Part shown: positions 42,622 to 52,351 of the stretch, piece by piece | Layout of the letters: each line of letters starts with the position of its first letter | How positions within the stretch are numbered: position 1 is the stretch's first letter | Assembly: GCA_963205105.1 (NCBI GenBank) | Contig: CAUJJW010000351.1 | Location: 2,069-66,068, forward strand | Direction of reading: 5' to 3' | DNA: 64,000 nt | DNA from: Verrucomicrobiota bacterium | Lineage (GTDB): Bacteria; Verrucomicrobiota; Verrucomicrobiia; Limisphaerales; CAIMTB01 | The notes under the pieces: generated by a model | Seen by the model: only the letters and a program-made list of their open reading frames with translations | Databases searched by the model: none | Told to the model about the DNA's origin: nothing | Made by a program: the position numbers and the translations under genes

Positions 42622-43068
42622 TTATTCAGGAATCTCGGCTTCGACCAGCTTGGCGAGAAGGATCAGGGACTCCTGCCAGCCCAGGTAGCACGCCTCGGCG
42701 GGTATGACTTCAGGCACGCCCTCCTGGACGACGCTCAACTCCGTCCCACAGGAGACTTGCTTCAAAGTAACCGTCACCTGGATGACGCCGGGCAGGTTGG
42801 GGTCGTCGAATCGGTCCGTGTAGCGGATCCGCTCGTGTGAAGCCAACTCCAGGAACTCACCGCCAAAGGACATGGCTTTGCCGGTGGTGAAGTTGGTGAA
42901 CGACATCTTGAAGCTGCCACCCACTTTGGCGTCCAGGTGGTGAACCTTACCTGTGAAGCCATTTGGGGGAAGCCACTTGCACATGGCGTCCGCATCGATG
43001 AAAGCCCGATACACTCGCTCGGGCTTGGAGCGGAGAATGCGATGAAGTCGGATGGTGTGTGTGTTCAT
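42622..43068 (-). CDS. SRPBCC-superfamily protein (AHSA1/START-like)
   Basis: 148 aa. MNTHTIRLHRILRSKPERVYRAFIDADAMCKWLPPNGFTGKVHHLDAKVGGSFKMSF...GEFLELASHERIRYTDRF is the typical Aha1-like SRPBCC pattern. Confidence 0.8.
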   Translation of the reverse strand: MNTHTIRLHRILRSKPERVYRAFIDADAMCKWLPPNGFTGKVHHLDAKVGGSFKMSFTNFTTGKAMSFGGEFLELASHERIRYTDRFDDPNLPGVIQVTVTLKQVSCGTELSVVQEGVPEVIPAEACYLGWQESLILLAKLVEAEIPE

Positions 43069-43225
43069 GGGCCGTTGTTCGTTCGTCTCGGTTCAGGTGT
43101 GTTGCCCGGAGAATGCGCCATGCCGCCTTGCCGGCCCAGGCCCTGCCACCCGGCCCGCCGCGGCGCAGACTGAGATCGGAGTGCCGAGGCTGAGCCCGAT
43201 GCGGCGCATGGCAGGCGTCGACGCT

Positions 43226-43735
43226 TCATTGGGTTGCGGGTGGTGCCGTGCTCTTTTTCGCGGGTTGGATCTTTTTCATGACGTAGCGGCTCATGGCGGC
43301 TGCGAACGACTTCGGCGGCTCGCCGGGTAGGACGTAATCCGCCAAGGTGAGAGTCCCGTTATCAACCTTGAAGATGGCTCCGACAACTTTGCCGATGCTA
43401 TCGGCCTGTGCTGGCGGACAGTTCCTGATGGTGGCGTGCAGCTGCTTGGGGTCGGTGCCCGGAGGCAGCGTGATCGTCGTCTCAAACCAAAAGTTGGTGT
43501 CCCGGTGAAAATGGAAGGAGCTGCCGGTGATGGTGATGGTGATTTTCTCGGTCGACTTCTCAACCGCATCGGCTTCCTCCCTCACGCCCTCCCATGTTCC
43601 CTGAAGAAGTTGCAGTTCCGCAGCGATTGGCGGAATCACAGCGCATTTGAGATTGGCTGCGAGTTGTTCGCCTGCGTGGGTGCGGAAGGAGGCGATCAAG
43701 CAAGCAAGGGCGATGATGTGTCGGAATGAGTTCAT
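43226..43735 (-). CDS. TIGR03067-like lipocalin-type secreted protein (PVC-typical)
   Basis: ORF 43226..43894, with the ATG at 43735 giving signal peptide MNSFRHIIALACLIASFRTHA. The pattern LQGTWEGV...KITITITGSSFHF...DPKQLHATI...GKVVGAIFKVDNGTLTLA matches the family as I recall it. Confidence 0.7.
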   Translation of the reverse strand: MNSFRHIIALACLIASFRTHAGEQLAANLKCAVIPPIAAELQLLQGTWEGVREEADAVEKSTEKITITITGSSFHFHRDTNFWFETTITLPPGTDPKQLHATIRNCPPAQADSIGKVVGAIFKVDNGTLTLADYVLPGEPPKSFAAAMSRYVMKKIQPAKKSTAPPATQ

Positions 43736-44033
43736 GGCTTCAAAGATCTGCCGGATGGGGTCACAAGTTGTTCTGAGCGGCGTTCTTGAAATCCCCGGGG
43801 ACAAGCTCCGCATTCCAGTCGACCTGGTCCGGGACGATCCAGATGAGGGATCCTTTGGTCGCGTCGATCGCCCGCGCCAAGGGTTCCATTTCATACGCCA
43901 TCCTGCCGGGTCGTTGCGGTTGCTGGAAGTCCGGGATTTGGGTGGCAGACCGCGGGATCAGTGTGCGGGGAATGCGGCGCCGATGAACCTGTGGTGAAGC
44001 CAAGAAAACCAGGGGTTTTTAGAGGCTTGGAAG

Positions 44034-44110
44034 TGGTGCGCGGGATGAGGGTTGAACTCATAACCTTCGGCTCCGGAGGCCGACGCTCTAGCCAATTGAG
44101 CTACCCGCGC
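44034..44110 (-). tRNA. tRNA-Arg (anticodon CCG), CCA encoded
   Basis: The reverse complement, GCGCGGGTAGCTCAATTGGCTAGAGCGTCGGCCTCCGGAGCCGAAGGTTATGAGTTCAACCCTCATCCCGCGCACCA, folds as a cloverleaf. Acceptor GCGCGGG/CCCGCGC, D stem GCTC/GAGC, anticodon stem TCGGC/GCCGA with loop CTCCGGA, T stem ATGAG/CTCAT. Length 77 nt. Confidence 0.9.
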
Positions 44111-44212
44111 ACTGCGGTAACGGGCCGACAAGGTAGGCGCACGGTGACGGGCCGGGCAAGCAGTTTGGCGGCCCCTTTGACTTGGGCGGTTTCGCTCTCT
44201 AGGGTCGCAGCG

Positions 44213-44725
44213 ATGGAGCACCTCCACGCGCCGTGGCGCATCGAGTACATCCTGGCACCCAAGGGGCCTCTGGAAGGTGGCGTTTCGGTGTTTCGCACCA
44301 TTGCTGAATCGGCGGATGACGTGGCCAACCTGGTCATCGCCCGCGGCCGGCAATGTTTCGCACTGCTGAACCGGCACCCGTACAATGGCGGGCATTTGAT
44401 GGTGTTGCCGTACCGGCAGGTGTCCGGGTTGGACGAATTGACCGACGACGAGATGCTGGAGCTGATGCAATGCGCGCGCCGCTGCATGGCGGCGCTGAAG
44501 CAGACGATGAAGCCGGACGGGTTCAACGTGGGCTTCAATCTGGGCAAGGTTGCCGGGGCGGGGATTGTGGAGCACCTGCATCTTCACATTGTTCCGCGCT
44601 GGAACGGCGACACCAATTTCATGCCGGTGCTCGCCGGCACCACGGTCCTGCCGCAGGCGCTGGAGGAAGTGGCGGCCAGGCTGAGGGAAGCGCTGTCGGC
44701 TTCCAGCGGCGCCGGTACCGCCTGA
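44213..44725 (+). CDS. HIT-family nucleotide hydrolase/transferase
   Basis: ORF 43961..44725, which overlaps the tRNA. The ATG at 44213 gives MEHLHAPWRIEYI... Histidine-triad motif: GIVEHLHLHIVPRW. A further match is CFALLNRHPYNGGHLMVLP. Confidence 0.85.
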   Translation: MEHLHAPWRIEYILAPKGPLEGGVSVFRTIAESADDVANLVIARGRQCFALLNRHPYNGGHLMVLPYRQVSGLDELTDDEMLELMQCARRCMAALKQTMKPDGFNVGFNLGKVAGAGIVEHLHLHIVPRWNGDTNFMPVLAGTTVLPQALEEVAARLREALSASSGAGTA

Positions 44726-44762
44726 ATCCATCTTTGAATTCCGTCGAAACCCCATCGTATTC

Positions 44763-45746
44763 GTGATCCCGATCATTGAGGAAATCCTGCATTTCGAGAG
44801 CGCGCGCCAGGCGCAGTCGCTCTTCAACAACGACCCCAAGAACCTTCAGGCGGTGGAACGCGCCCTGGGGGTGAAAGCGACGTCGCGGGAGGGTTGGATC
44901 AAGCTGGAAGGCACCAGCGAGGCGGTGGCCAAGGCGCGCAAGATGTTCGAGCTGTTGGACGCCTCGGTGAAGTCGGGGCAGACGGTGCGGGGGAAGGAGT
45001 TCGCCTACGCCTTGAACGTGGTTCAGCACGAGGGGGCGGAGGCGTTGCAGGGGTTGTTCGACACACGGATCACGACCTCGACGCGGAAGGCGCAGGTGAC
45101 GCCGAAGACGTCCGGACAGAAGCGTTACGTGGAGGCGATCAAGCAGTTCGACCTGACCTTGGGCATCGGTCCGGCGGGAACGGGCAAGACCTATCTGGCG
45201 ATGGCGATGGCGGTGTCGGCGTTGCGGGAGGAGAAAGTGGCCCGGATCATTCTCACCCGGCCGGCGGTCGAGGCGGGCGAGGCGCTGGGGTTTCTTCCGG
45301 GTGACCTGTACGAAAAGATCGCGCCGTATCTGCGGCCGTTGCACGACGCCCTGCATGACATGATGCCGGCGGACGAGATTCAGAAGAGCACGGAAAAGGG
45401 GGTGATCGAAATCGCGCCCCTGGCGTACATGCGGGGGCGGACCCTGAACAACGCGTTCGTCATTCTGGACGAGGCGCAGAACGCGACCGCGGAGCAGATG
45501 TTCATGTTCCTGACCCGCCTGGGGTTTAATTCGCGGGCGGTGGTGACCGGCGATCCGACCCAGGTGGATCTGCCGAAGAACCGGCCTTCAGGCCTGATCG
45601 AAGCCATGCGGGCGTTGCGCGGGATCGAAGGGATTGAGATCTGCGAATTTTCCCGGCGGGACGTGGTGCGGCATCCGCTCGTGCAGCGGATCATCTCCGC
45701 GTACGAGGATCACCGGGGGCGGCGCAAGGCGGCGGAGGCGGAATGA
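44763..45746 (+). CDS. phoH: PhoH-family ATPase (YbeZ-like)
   Basis: 327 aa with a GTG start. Walker A: GIGPAGTGKTYLAMAMAV. Further motifs: ILTRPAVEAGEALGFLPGDL, FVILDEAQN, VVTGDPTQVDLP. Confidence 0.9.
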   Translation: MIPIIEEILHFESARQAQSLFNNDPKNLQAVERALGVKATSREGWIKLEGTSEAVAKARKMFELLDASVKSGQTVRGKEFAYALNVVQHEGAEALQGLFDTRITTSTRKAQVTPKTSGQKRYVEAIKQFDLTLGIGPAGTGKTYLAMAMAVSALREEKVARIILTRPAVEAGEALGFLPGDLYEKIAPYLRPLHDALHDMMPADEIQKSTEKGVIEIAPLAYMRGRTLNNAFVILDEAQNATAEQMFMFLTRLGFNSRAVVTGDPTQVDLPKNRPSGLIEAMRALRGIEGIEICEFSRRDVVRHPLVQRIISAYEDHRGRRKAAEAE

Positions 45747-46297
45747 GCGTGGAAGTGGAGGTGGAGATCCGAAACCGCCAGCGGACCTGGAGGGTGGAAG
45801 TGGATCGTTTGCGTGCCCTGACCGAGGGATTGCTGGAGCGCGAATTGGGTTTGTCGGCGGCCTGCCTGGGGATCCACCTGATCGGTGCGACGGCGATGGC
45901 GTCGATGAACTGGCAATGGCTGAAGCACGAAGGTTCGACCGACATTCTGACCTTCGACCATCGATCGGAATCGGGTGAAGCGCTGCATGGGGAACTGTTC
46001 ATCAGTGTCGACGACGCCGTGGCGCAGTCGGCGCAGTTCCGGACCACGGCGGATGCGGAACTGGTTCGGTATGTGGTCCACGGGGTGCTGCATTTGTTGG
46101 GGCACGACGATCTGGAACCTGAGGCTCGGCGTTCGATGAAGCGTGAGGAGAACCGGTTGGTGAGACGGCTGGCGGCGGGATTCGACTTTGAGGGGTTGGT
46201 GAGTCGGGCGAAGCGGGAGCGGGTGAAGGAGAAGGGGAGGCGTGGTTCGGCGGGGCGTGTGGCGGTTGGGAAACCGCGGGGAAGGCGAATGTCGTGA
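45743..46297 (+). CDS. ybeY: rRNA maturation endoribonuclease YbeY
   Basis: 184 aa. Zn motif: HGVLHLLGHDD. The start overlaps the phoH stop (ATGA). There is a basic C-terminal tail. Confidence 0.9.
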   Translation: MSVEVEVEIRNRQRTWRVEVDRLRALTEGLLERELGLSAACLGIHLIGATAMASMNWQWLKHEGSTDILTFDHRSESGEALHGELFISVDDAVAQSAQFRTTADAELVRYVVHGVLHLLGHDDLEPEARRSMKREENRLVRRLAAGFDFEGLVSRAKRERVKEKGRRGSAGRVAVGKPRGRRMS

Positions 46298-46956
46298 GGA
46301 TGTCGGCGACGGAGGGCACGACGGGGGTGATTCTGAGGACCCGTCCGTTGACGGAGACATCGCTGATCGTGCAATGGCTGACGGCGGATGCGGGGCGGGT
46401 GTCAACCGTGGCGAAGGGTGCGCGGCGGGCGAAATCGCCGTTCCGGGGGAAACTGGATCTGTTTCATGTGGCGGAACTGACGTTTCGGCGGAGTCGGAGT
46501 TCGGAACTGCACACGCTGGCGGAGGTGGGATTGCGGGAGACCTATCCGGCGCTGCGCACGGATTGGAGGCGGTTGACGCGGGCGTCGTATGGGGTGGCGT
46601 TGATTGAACAGACGACGGAGACGGACACACCGGTGCCGGAGACCTACGAGCTGTTTTTGGGGTATCTGGGGCACATCAACGGGACGGGATCGACGCCGTG
46701 CAGCGTGCTGGCGTTGGAACTCAAGCATCTGGAGGAGATGGGGATGGTGCCCGACCTGGATCGCTCGGCATTGCCGGCGGAAGCCCGCCGGTTGGCGGAG
46801 GAACTGCTGGTTCGGGAGTGGGACGACCTGGCCGGGAGGGAGGTGGGGCCGGCGGTGGTGACGCCGCTGGTGCTGTTTCTCCAGAGCTTTTTGGTGTTCC
46901 AGTTGGGGCGACTGCCCCGGGGGCGGGCGGAAGCGCTGGGGGCTGGTTGCGCCTGA
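46294..46956 (+). CDS. recO: DNA repair/recombination protein RecO
   Basis: 220 aa. The N-terminal OB-fold pattern reads [47 protein letters not shown]. It overlaps the ybeY stop. Confidence 0.85.
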   Translation: MRMSATEGTTGVILRTRPLTETSLIVQWLTADAGRVSTVAKGARRAKSPFRGKLDLFHVAELTFRRSRSSELHTLAEVGLRETYPALRTDWRRLTRASYGVALIEQTTETDTPVPETYELFLGYLGHINGTGSTPCSVLALELKHLEEMGMVPDLDRSALPAEARRLAEELLVREWDDLAGREVGPAVVTPLVLFLQSFLVFQLGRLPRGRAEALGAGCA

Positions 46957-47032
46957 ATGCGGGCTTGCCGGACCTCCGCGACGACGCAAGAATTCGCTCT
47001 CGTTCTCTTCCTCACGCCTAACTTTTCCGCAT

Positions 47033-48028
47033 ATGGGACGCATCTATAACAACATCGTCGACACCGTGGGGAACACGCCCCTGGTCCGCTTGAACCGCAT
47101 TCCAGCCTCCATGGGGGTGGATCCCTCGACCTCGATTCTGCTGAAGTGCGAGTTTTTCAACCCGCTGGGCAGCGTGAAGGACCGGATTGGGATGGCGATG
47201 ATTGATGACGCGGAGCGCCGGGGAGTGTTGAAGCCGGAGACGACGATCATTGAGCCGACCTCGGGCAACACGGGCATCGCGCTGGCGTTTGTGGCAGCGG
47301 CCAGGGGTTACAAGCTGATCCTGACGATGCCGGAGACGATGTCGGTGGAGCGCCGCACGCTGCTGGCGATGCTGGGTGCGAAACTGGTTCTGACACCGGG
47401 TGCGGACGGCATGAAGGGGGCCATCCGCCGGGCGGAAGAACTGGCGAAAGAGACGCCGAACGCGTGGATTCCGCAGCAATTCGAGAATCCCGCGAACCCC
47501 GATGTGCATCGTCGCACGACCGCCGAGGAGATCTGGCGGGACACGGATGGCGCGGTCGACATTCTGGTCGCCGCGGTGGGCACGGGTGGCACGCTCACGG
47601 GCTGCTGCGAGGTGATCAAGTCACGGAAGCCGACGTTCCAGGCGATCGCGGTCGAGCCCAAGGATTCGCCGGTGATCACTCAGACGTTGAAGGGTGAGGC
47701 GGTGAAGCCCGGGCCGCACAAGATCCAGGGGACGGGAGCCGGGTTTGTGCCGGCCAATCTGCATCTCAAGGATTCGGCGGGCGCGACGCAGATTGCGGAA
47801 TGCGTGACGGTTTCGAATGACGACGCCTTCGCGATGGCGCGGCGGCTTTCGAAGGAAGAGGGCATCCTGGCGGGCATCTCTTCGGGGGCGAACGTGTGGG
47901 CGGCTTGTGAGATTGCGAAACGCCCGGAGAACAAGGGCAAGGTCATCGTCACCATCGCGTGTTCGACGGGTGAACGGTACCTCAGCACGGCGTTGGCGGC
48001 GGAAGCCCGGGCGGAAGTCGGGGCTTGA
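47033..48028 (+). CDS. cysK: cysteine synthase A (O-acetylserine sulfhydrylase)
   Basis: 331 aa. Reads [10 protein letters not shown]...[16 protein letters not shown] (PLP lysine), [12 protein letters not shown], and [12 protein letters not shown]. Confidence 0.9.
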   Translation: MGRIYNNIVDTVGNTPLVRLNRIPASMGVDPSTSILLKCEFFNPLGSVKDRIGMAMIDDAERRGVLKPETTIIEPTSGNTGIALAFVAAARGYKLILTMPETMSVERRTLLAMLGAKLVLTPGADGMKGAIRRAEELAKETPNAWIPQQFENPANPDVHRRTTAEEIWRDTDGAVDILVAAVGTGGTLTGCCEVIKSRKPTFQAIAVEPKDSPVITQTLKGEAVKPGPHKIQGTGAGFVPANLHLKDSAGATQIAECVTVSNDDAFAMARRLSKEEGILAGISSGANVWAACEIAKRPENKGKVIVTIACSTGERYLSTALAAEARAEVGA

Positions 48029-48049
48029 GGGCGCGGGGCCGCTCTCAAG
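48024..48049. terminator. hairpin between convergent genes (possible bidirectional terminator)
   Basis: CTTGAGGGCG-CGGGGC-CGCTCTCAAG forms a 10-bp stem with one mismatch. It spans both stop codons (cysK TGA at 48026-48028 and the minus-strand gene stop at 48045-48047). There is no U-tract. Confidence 0.3.
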
Positions 48050-48605
48050 GGGCGGCGAGGCCCTGGGCGATGCGGTCCAATTTCTGACTGGCGTTGGTTC
48101 CTGGCAGATAGGGGCCTGAGACATGGGCCAGGAGCCGGCCGTCCTTGCTGATGGCGAAGATGTTGGCGGCCTTCTTTTCGCAGGGAAGGCCGCCGGTCAC
48201 TTTCCCCTCGAAATCGAGCAGGAGCGGTTGGGTCCGGCTTTTACGAATGGCATCGGTGATGCGGCCCCGCAGGAACCGTGGCACGGCCTGCACGTCGGCG
48301 ATTCCCTGGATGTCGGCGACATCCTTCCAGCGCTGTTTCAGGGGATTGATCCAGGCGTCGATTTCCTCGGAGCCGCGGCGATCGCCGACCAGAAGGAGCA
48401 ACGGGCGGGTCCTGGGAAACCGGATGGTGTGCTGGGTGCCGAATTGGTCGGCGAGCTGGAACGACTCGATGCGAGGGGATTCAGGGCGGGGTGCGGCCCC
48501 TGAAGCGGTCACGAGTCCGAGGCACCCGAGGATGACGAACAGGCCGAGAAGCGGGGTTCTCCGGGGTGTTTTTGAGGCAGCGAGGGGTGAGTGTGGGGAG
48601 GTCAC
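48045..48605 (-). CDS. hypothetical lipoprotein, last gene of the carotenoid operon
   Basis: ORF 48045..49010. The GTG at 48605 overlaps the glycosyltransferase stop (GTGA) and gives VTSPHSPLAASKTPRRTPLLGLFVILGC (lipobox-like ILGC). It may have a thioredoxin-like fold without CxxC, but that is a guess. Confidence 0.55.
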   Translation of the reverse strand: MTSPHSPLAASKTPRRTPLLGLFVILGCLGLVTASGAAPRPESPRIESFQLADQFGTQHTIRFPRTRPLLLLVGDRRGSEEIDAWINPLKQRWKDVADIQGIADVQAVPRFLRGRITDAIRKSRTQPLLLDFEGKVTGGLPCEKKAANIFAISKDGRLLAHVSGPYLPGTNASQKLDRIAQGLAAP

Positions 48606-49864
48606 GCCGTGGGATGAGAGTTCGCGGGTACGCTTGCCGGATGCGCGTACTGACGTCCACGCCATTCCATGGGGCGACCGCGCCAGCGGCGGACGAGGGC
48701 CTCCCATTGAATGAGAACGAGCGCGGTGACTCCCAGGGGGTGAAGAAGTGCACCCAGAAGGCTTTGGCGGAATCTCCAGGCGGCGGCGAGTCGCATCACC
48801 GTGCCCAGGCTGGCGGCGATGCTGGCGATGAAGAGGGTGGTGGTTTCGATCGGGAGGAGCAGCCCCGCGGCGAGAAGGATCCACGGGAGGACATGACCAC
48901 TGAGGAGCAGCACGGACCAGGGAACAATTGCCGCCGGGTGGGCCATCCCCTCGGTGGCGTTCTTGCCGAGACCACGCCAGACGGTGCTGGCGGAGGAGTA
49001 CATGCGGCAATTGGCGAGGTCGGTGGCGTCGAAGAGGCCGGTCTGAAGCCCGTGCCGGCGAAACGACCGTGGCAATTGCACTCCGTCATGGAGCGAGGAT
49101 CGGATGTTTTGATGGCCGGCGGCGGCGAAGTAGGCGCCACGTCGGGCGACAAACAACTGGCCGCAACCGGCGGCGAACGCGCTCCAGCGCGTCCATTGGG
49201 CCGCCACCATGGGCAGGTACCCGAGCAGGATGGTGTGAATGAGGGGGATCAGGAGTTTCTCGAGGAACGTTCCGGTGAATTGCCGGGGGACGCCGCTGGC
49301 GAGTTGCACGTCCGGGTGGGTTTCGAAGTAGCGCGCGAGGCGGGGGAGAGCCCGGGGAGCGAGGCGCACGTCCGCATCGAGGAACACCAGGAAATCGCCA
49401 TGGGCCGCCTGGGCCAGCTGCCAGCAGGCATGCTGTTTGCCGCACCAACCCTCGGGCAGACGTTTGCCGGTCACGAGCCGCACCCGGGGGTCCTCGGCGG
49501 CCACGCTCTGGACCTGCGAGGCGGTGGCGTCGGTGGAATGATCATCCAGAACGAGCACTTCGAACTGCGAATGGACGTCGGCGAGGATGGCCTGGAGAGC
49601 CGGAACGATGGCGTGCTCTTCGTTGCGTGCGGGGATGAGGATGGAGAAGGAAGGATTGGCGCAGGCGTTTCCAGGGCTTCGCGGGTTGGTCGTCTCGGGA
49701 TGAGCCGGAGTCGTTTCGTCGGTGGGGAGCGCGGTGCCGCCCGGAAGGCGGCGGTAGAACGGCAGATTGGCGACAAAGAGCAGGGCTGGAAGTGCTGCCA
49801 AAGCGAGGCTGAACCAGGCGAGGATTCGGGGGAGTTGATCGAGGCTGAAGGAAAGGTCGCTCAT
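48602..49864 (-). CDS. membrane glycosyltransferase family 2 (carotenoid glycosyltransferase CrtQ/CruC-like by context)
   Basis: 420 aa. GT2 core: FSILIPARNEEHAI...VLVLDDHSTDAT...GKQHACWQ...FLVFLDADV. It is flanked by TM helices. The start overlaps the acyltransferase stop (ATGA). Confidence 0.85.
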   Translation of the reverse strand: MSDLSFSLDQLPRILAWFSLALAALPALLFVANLPFYRRLPGGTALPTDETTPAHPETTNPRSPGNACANPSFSILIPARNEEHAIVPALQAILADVHSQFEVLVLDDHSTDATASQVQSVAAEDPRVRLVTGKRLPEGWCGKQHACWQLAQAAHGDFLVFLDADVRLAPRALPRLARYFETHPDVQLASGVPRQFTGTFLEKLLIPLIHTILLGYLPMVAAQWTRWSAFAAGCGQLFVARRGAYFAAAGHQNIRSSLHDGVQLPRSFRRHGLQTGLFDATDLANCRMYSSASTVWRGLGKNATEGMAHPAAIVPWSVLLLSGHVLPWILLAAGLLLPIETTTLFIASIAASLGTVMRLAAAWRFRQSLLGALLHPLGVTALVLIQWEALVRRWRGRPMEWRGRQYAHPASVPANSHPTA

Positions 49865-50718
49865 AGACGTCCGTGTTTCGGATCGAATCGTTTGCCCCGG
49901 ATCAGGGAGCGCAGTCGGCGCCAGGAATCGTACACGACGCCGACGCCGGCAGTGCCCTTGAGCAAGGGGAGAAAATCATCGGCGTGTCGGCGGAGCGCTT
50001 CATCGGCGAGGGCCTGCATGGCGACATCGAGGCGTTGCTCCAGCAGTTGAGTCCACACCTCGGGGCCTCGCTGATGGGCGGATGCCGCGAAGACATCGAG
50101 CGGTTGACCGAAGCGCAGCAGGATCTCGGGAAGGCGCTCGTGCCAGAAGGTGTATTCGATGGCGAGAGGCACGAACTGGATGCGATGGGGTGCGGATTGA
50201 AGCAGGGAGGTGGCTCGACCGAAGCGGGATGCCACGTGGCCGAGGCCGTGCTTGAAACGCACGGGGCGTTCGCGGACATCGGCGAATTGCCCCTGGGGCG
50301 TGACCCAGAGGATGTTCCAGGGTTGGCCGAGGATTTGGTTGGCGACTCGGAAGAACCGGGCGGCGCCGCGGGGGGAGTCGGTTTCGACGCCGAAAAAGCC
50401 GAGGCGCTTGAAGAAGGCGTATTTTTCGACGGCTCGGGCGTCGATGGGTGCGTAGGCGGTGTGTCGGGCGAAGAGTTGGCGCTGAAGGTGCAGGCAGACC
50501 AGGGGGTCCCACCAGGAGGCGTGGTTCAGGAAGATGACCTTGGGCACGCTGTTCTCATTGTCTGGAAGCCATCCCGAGGTGCTGACCCGGATGGCATGGA
50601 AATGGCGTCGGAGGTACCAGCGTGTGTAGAGCCCGAAGGCGCGGAGCAGGAAGCCCGAAACCGGCGGCTGCTCCATGGATCCTGGAGCCCTGGGGGAACG
50701 GGTGCCGATGTCGGGCAT
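49861..50718 (-). CDS. PlsC-type (lysophospholipid) acyltransferase (carotenoid glycoside acyltransferase CruD/CrtO-like by context)
   Basis: ORF 49861..51111. Plausible starts are ATG 50718 (MPDIGTRS...) or ATG 50676 (MEQPPVSGFLLRAF...). HX4D motif: FLNHASWWD. A later motif reads VTPQGQF. Confidence 0.8.
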   Translation of the reverse strand: MPDIGTRSPRAPGSMEQPPVSGFLLRAFGLYTRWYLRRHFHAIRVSTSGWLPDNENSVPKVIFLNHASWWDPLVCLHLQRQLFARHTAYAPIDARAVEKYAFFKRLGFFGVETDSPRGAARFFRVANQILGQPWNILWVTPQGQFADVRERPVRFKHGLGHVASRFGRATSLLQSAPHRIQFVPLAIEYTFWHERLPEILLRFGQPLDVFAASAHQRGPEVWTQLLEQRLDVAMQALADEALRRHADDFLPLLKGTAGVGVVYDSWRRLRSLIRGKRFDPKHGRL

Positions 50719-50732
50719 GGCGGGTGGGGACG

Positions 50733-52313
50733 CTACGCGGCAGCGACGAGGCTGTCGGCGCTTCGGTTGGTGGCGGCGGATTTGGGGGCGATGCCGTCCT
50801 GGTCGAGGGTGTCGGCGGCGATCCAACCGGACATGAGGACCATCGGCATGCCGGGTCCTGGATGGGCGGCGCCGCCGGCGAGGTACAAGCCCTGGAGAGG
50901 GGAGCGATTGTTGGGTTTGAAGGCGCCGAGGAACCGGCCGTGGCTGGCAAGGCCGTAAATCGCGCCGTTCAGCACCTGGTATCGGTTGTGGATATCCTGG
51001 GGCGTCAACCAGCGCTCGGTGACGATGCGGCTTTCGATATCCTTCATGCCGCCGGTTTCGGCCAGCTTGCGCAGGATGACGCGACGGTACTCGGGGAGCA
51101 TGCGGCTCCAATCATGGTGCGGGCGAAGGTAGGGGGTATGAACCAGGACGTAGAGGGCCTCACCGCCGGCGGGTGCGACCTGGGGTTCGGTGAAGGACGG
51201 CGCGCAAACGTAGGCTGTTGGGTCGGGGGCGGGCTCTCCCTTGCGGTAGATGGCGTCGAACTCCTCATGGGGATCGCGGGAGAAGACGAAGTTGTGATGC
51301 AGGATGTGCTCGTAGCGCTGGCGAAGTCCCAGATAGAGCACGACGCCGGAGCAGGCGGCCTCGAAGCGCTTGCCTCCCAAGAAGCGACGGGCAGCGGGAT
51401 GATCGGGGAGGAGATCGGAGAAGGTGCGAACGCTGTCCCGATTGGAGACGACGCCGGCGAGTGGGATGGTCTGGCCGTTCTGAAGTTCGACGCCAGTGGC
51501 CCGGTTGCCCTGGGTAAGAATGCGGGTCACGTGGGAGTTGGTGCGGATCTCCACGCCCAGTTCCTCCGCCAACCGGGCGAGCGCGAGCGGCACGGCCCGT
51601 GTTCCGCCGATGGGGTACCAGACGCCTTCGTTGCTCTGCATATGGGCGATGCCGCAGAGGACCGCCGGGGATTGTTCCGGGGATGAACCGACGTATTGCG
51701 TGTAGTGATCAAGCATCTGGGCCGCACGCTCATCCGGAACGTACTTGCGGATCGTGGCGGCAACCGTGCTGCCCATGCGCATTTGAAGAACGTCGCCCAG
51801 GACGGAAGGACTGGCGGCGGTCTTGAACTGGAACATGTCGCCGATCCCGCCAATGGGCTTGTAGAAGAAGTAGCGCTGGGAGATGTCGTCCAGGCGCATC
51901 GAATGCTTCATGAACCGCCGGTAACCGTCGCCGGAACCGGAGCCTGGGGCGTGCTGATCCAGGCGAGTCGCCATGGCGTCGACGTTCTGGAGCAGGTCCA
52001 GGGAAGAACCGTCCTGGAAGAAGCAGCGCCATTGGGGATCGAGGCGACGGAGGTCCAGGTAGTCTTCCAGATCGCGACCGGCCTCCTCGAAGACGCGCCG
52101 GAGGACCGACGGCAGCGTGAGGATGGTGGGGCCCATGTCGAAGCGGAAGCCCTGCGATTCGTGGATGGCCGCCTTGCCGCCGATCCAGTCATTCGTCTCG
52201 AACAGGACCACGCGATAACCGCGGGCAGCGAGAGTGCAGGCGGCGGCGAGACCGGCGAGGCCTCCGCCGATGACGCCGATGGGATGATCCGAGGAAGTGT
52301 TCATGGACGGCAA
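50733..52313 (-). CDS. phytoene-desaturase-family FAD oxidoreductase (CrtI/CrtN/CrtP-like)
   Basis: 526 aa. Dinucleotide fold: IGVIGGGLAGLAAACTLAARGYRVVLFETNDWIGGKA. Further motifs: FRFDMGPTILT, and the C-terminal LYLAGGAAHPGPGMPMVLMSG. Confidence 0.85.
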   Translation of the reverse strand: MPSMNTSSDHPIGVIGGGLAGLAAACTLAARGYRVVLFETNDWIGGKAAIHESQGFRFDMGPTILTLPSVLRRVFEEAGRDLEDYLDLRRLDPQWRCFFQDGSSLDLLQNVDAMATRLDQHAPGSGSGDGYRRFMKHSMRLDDISQRYFFYKPIGGIGDMFQFKTAASPSVLGDVLQMRMGSTVAATIRKYVPDERAAQMLDHYTQYVGSSPEQSPAVLCGIAHMQSNEGVWYPIGGTRAVPLALARLAEELGVEIRTNSHVTRILTQGNRATGVELQNGQTIPLAGVVSNRDSVRTFSDLLPDHPAARRFLGGKRFEAACSGVVLYLGLRQRYEHILHHNFVFSRDPHEEFDAIYRKGEPAPDPTAYVCAPSFTEPQVAPAGGEALYVLVHTPYLRPHHDWSRMLPEYRRVILRKLAETGGMKDIESRIVTERWLTPQDIHNRYQVLNGAIYGLASHGRFLGAFKPNNRSPLQGLYLAGGAAHPGPGMPMVLMSGWIAADTLDQDGIAPKSAATNRSADSLVAAA

Positions 52314-52351
52314 TGGGTGAGAGGGAAATGTACGGGTGCGGGCGGGCGGAA

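Noticed and set aside
43761-44003. 80-aa minus-strand ORF between the TIGR03067-like gene and the tRNA
   Set aside because: No motifs, an Arg/Pro-rich N-terminus, and overlap with another equally unsupported plus-strand ORF. It is treated as non-coding spacer.
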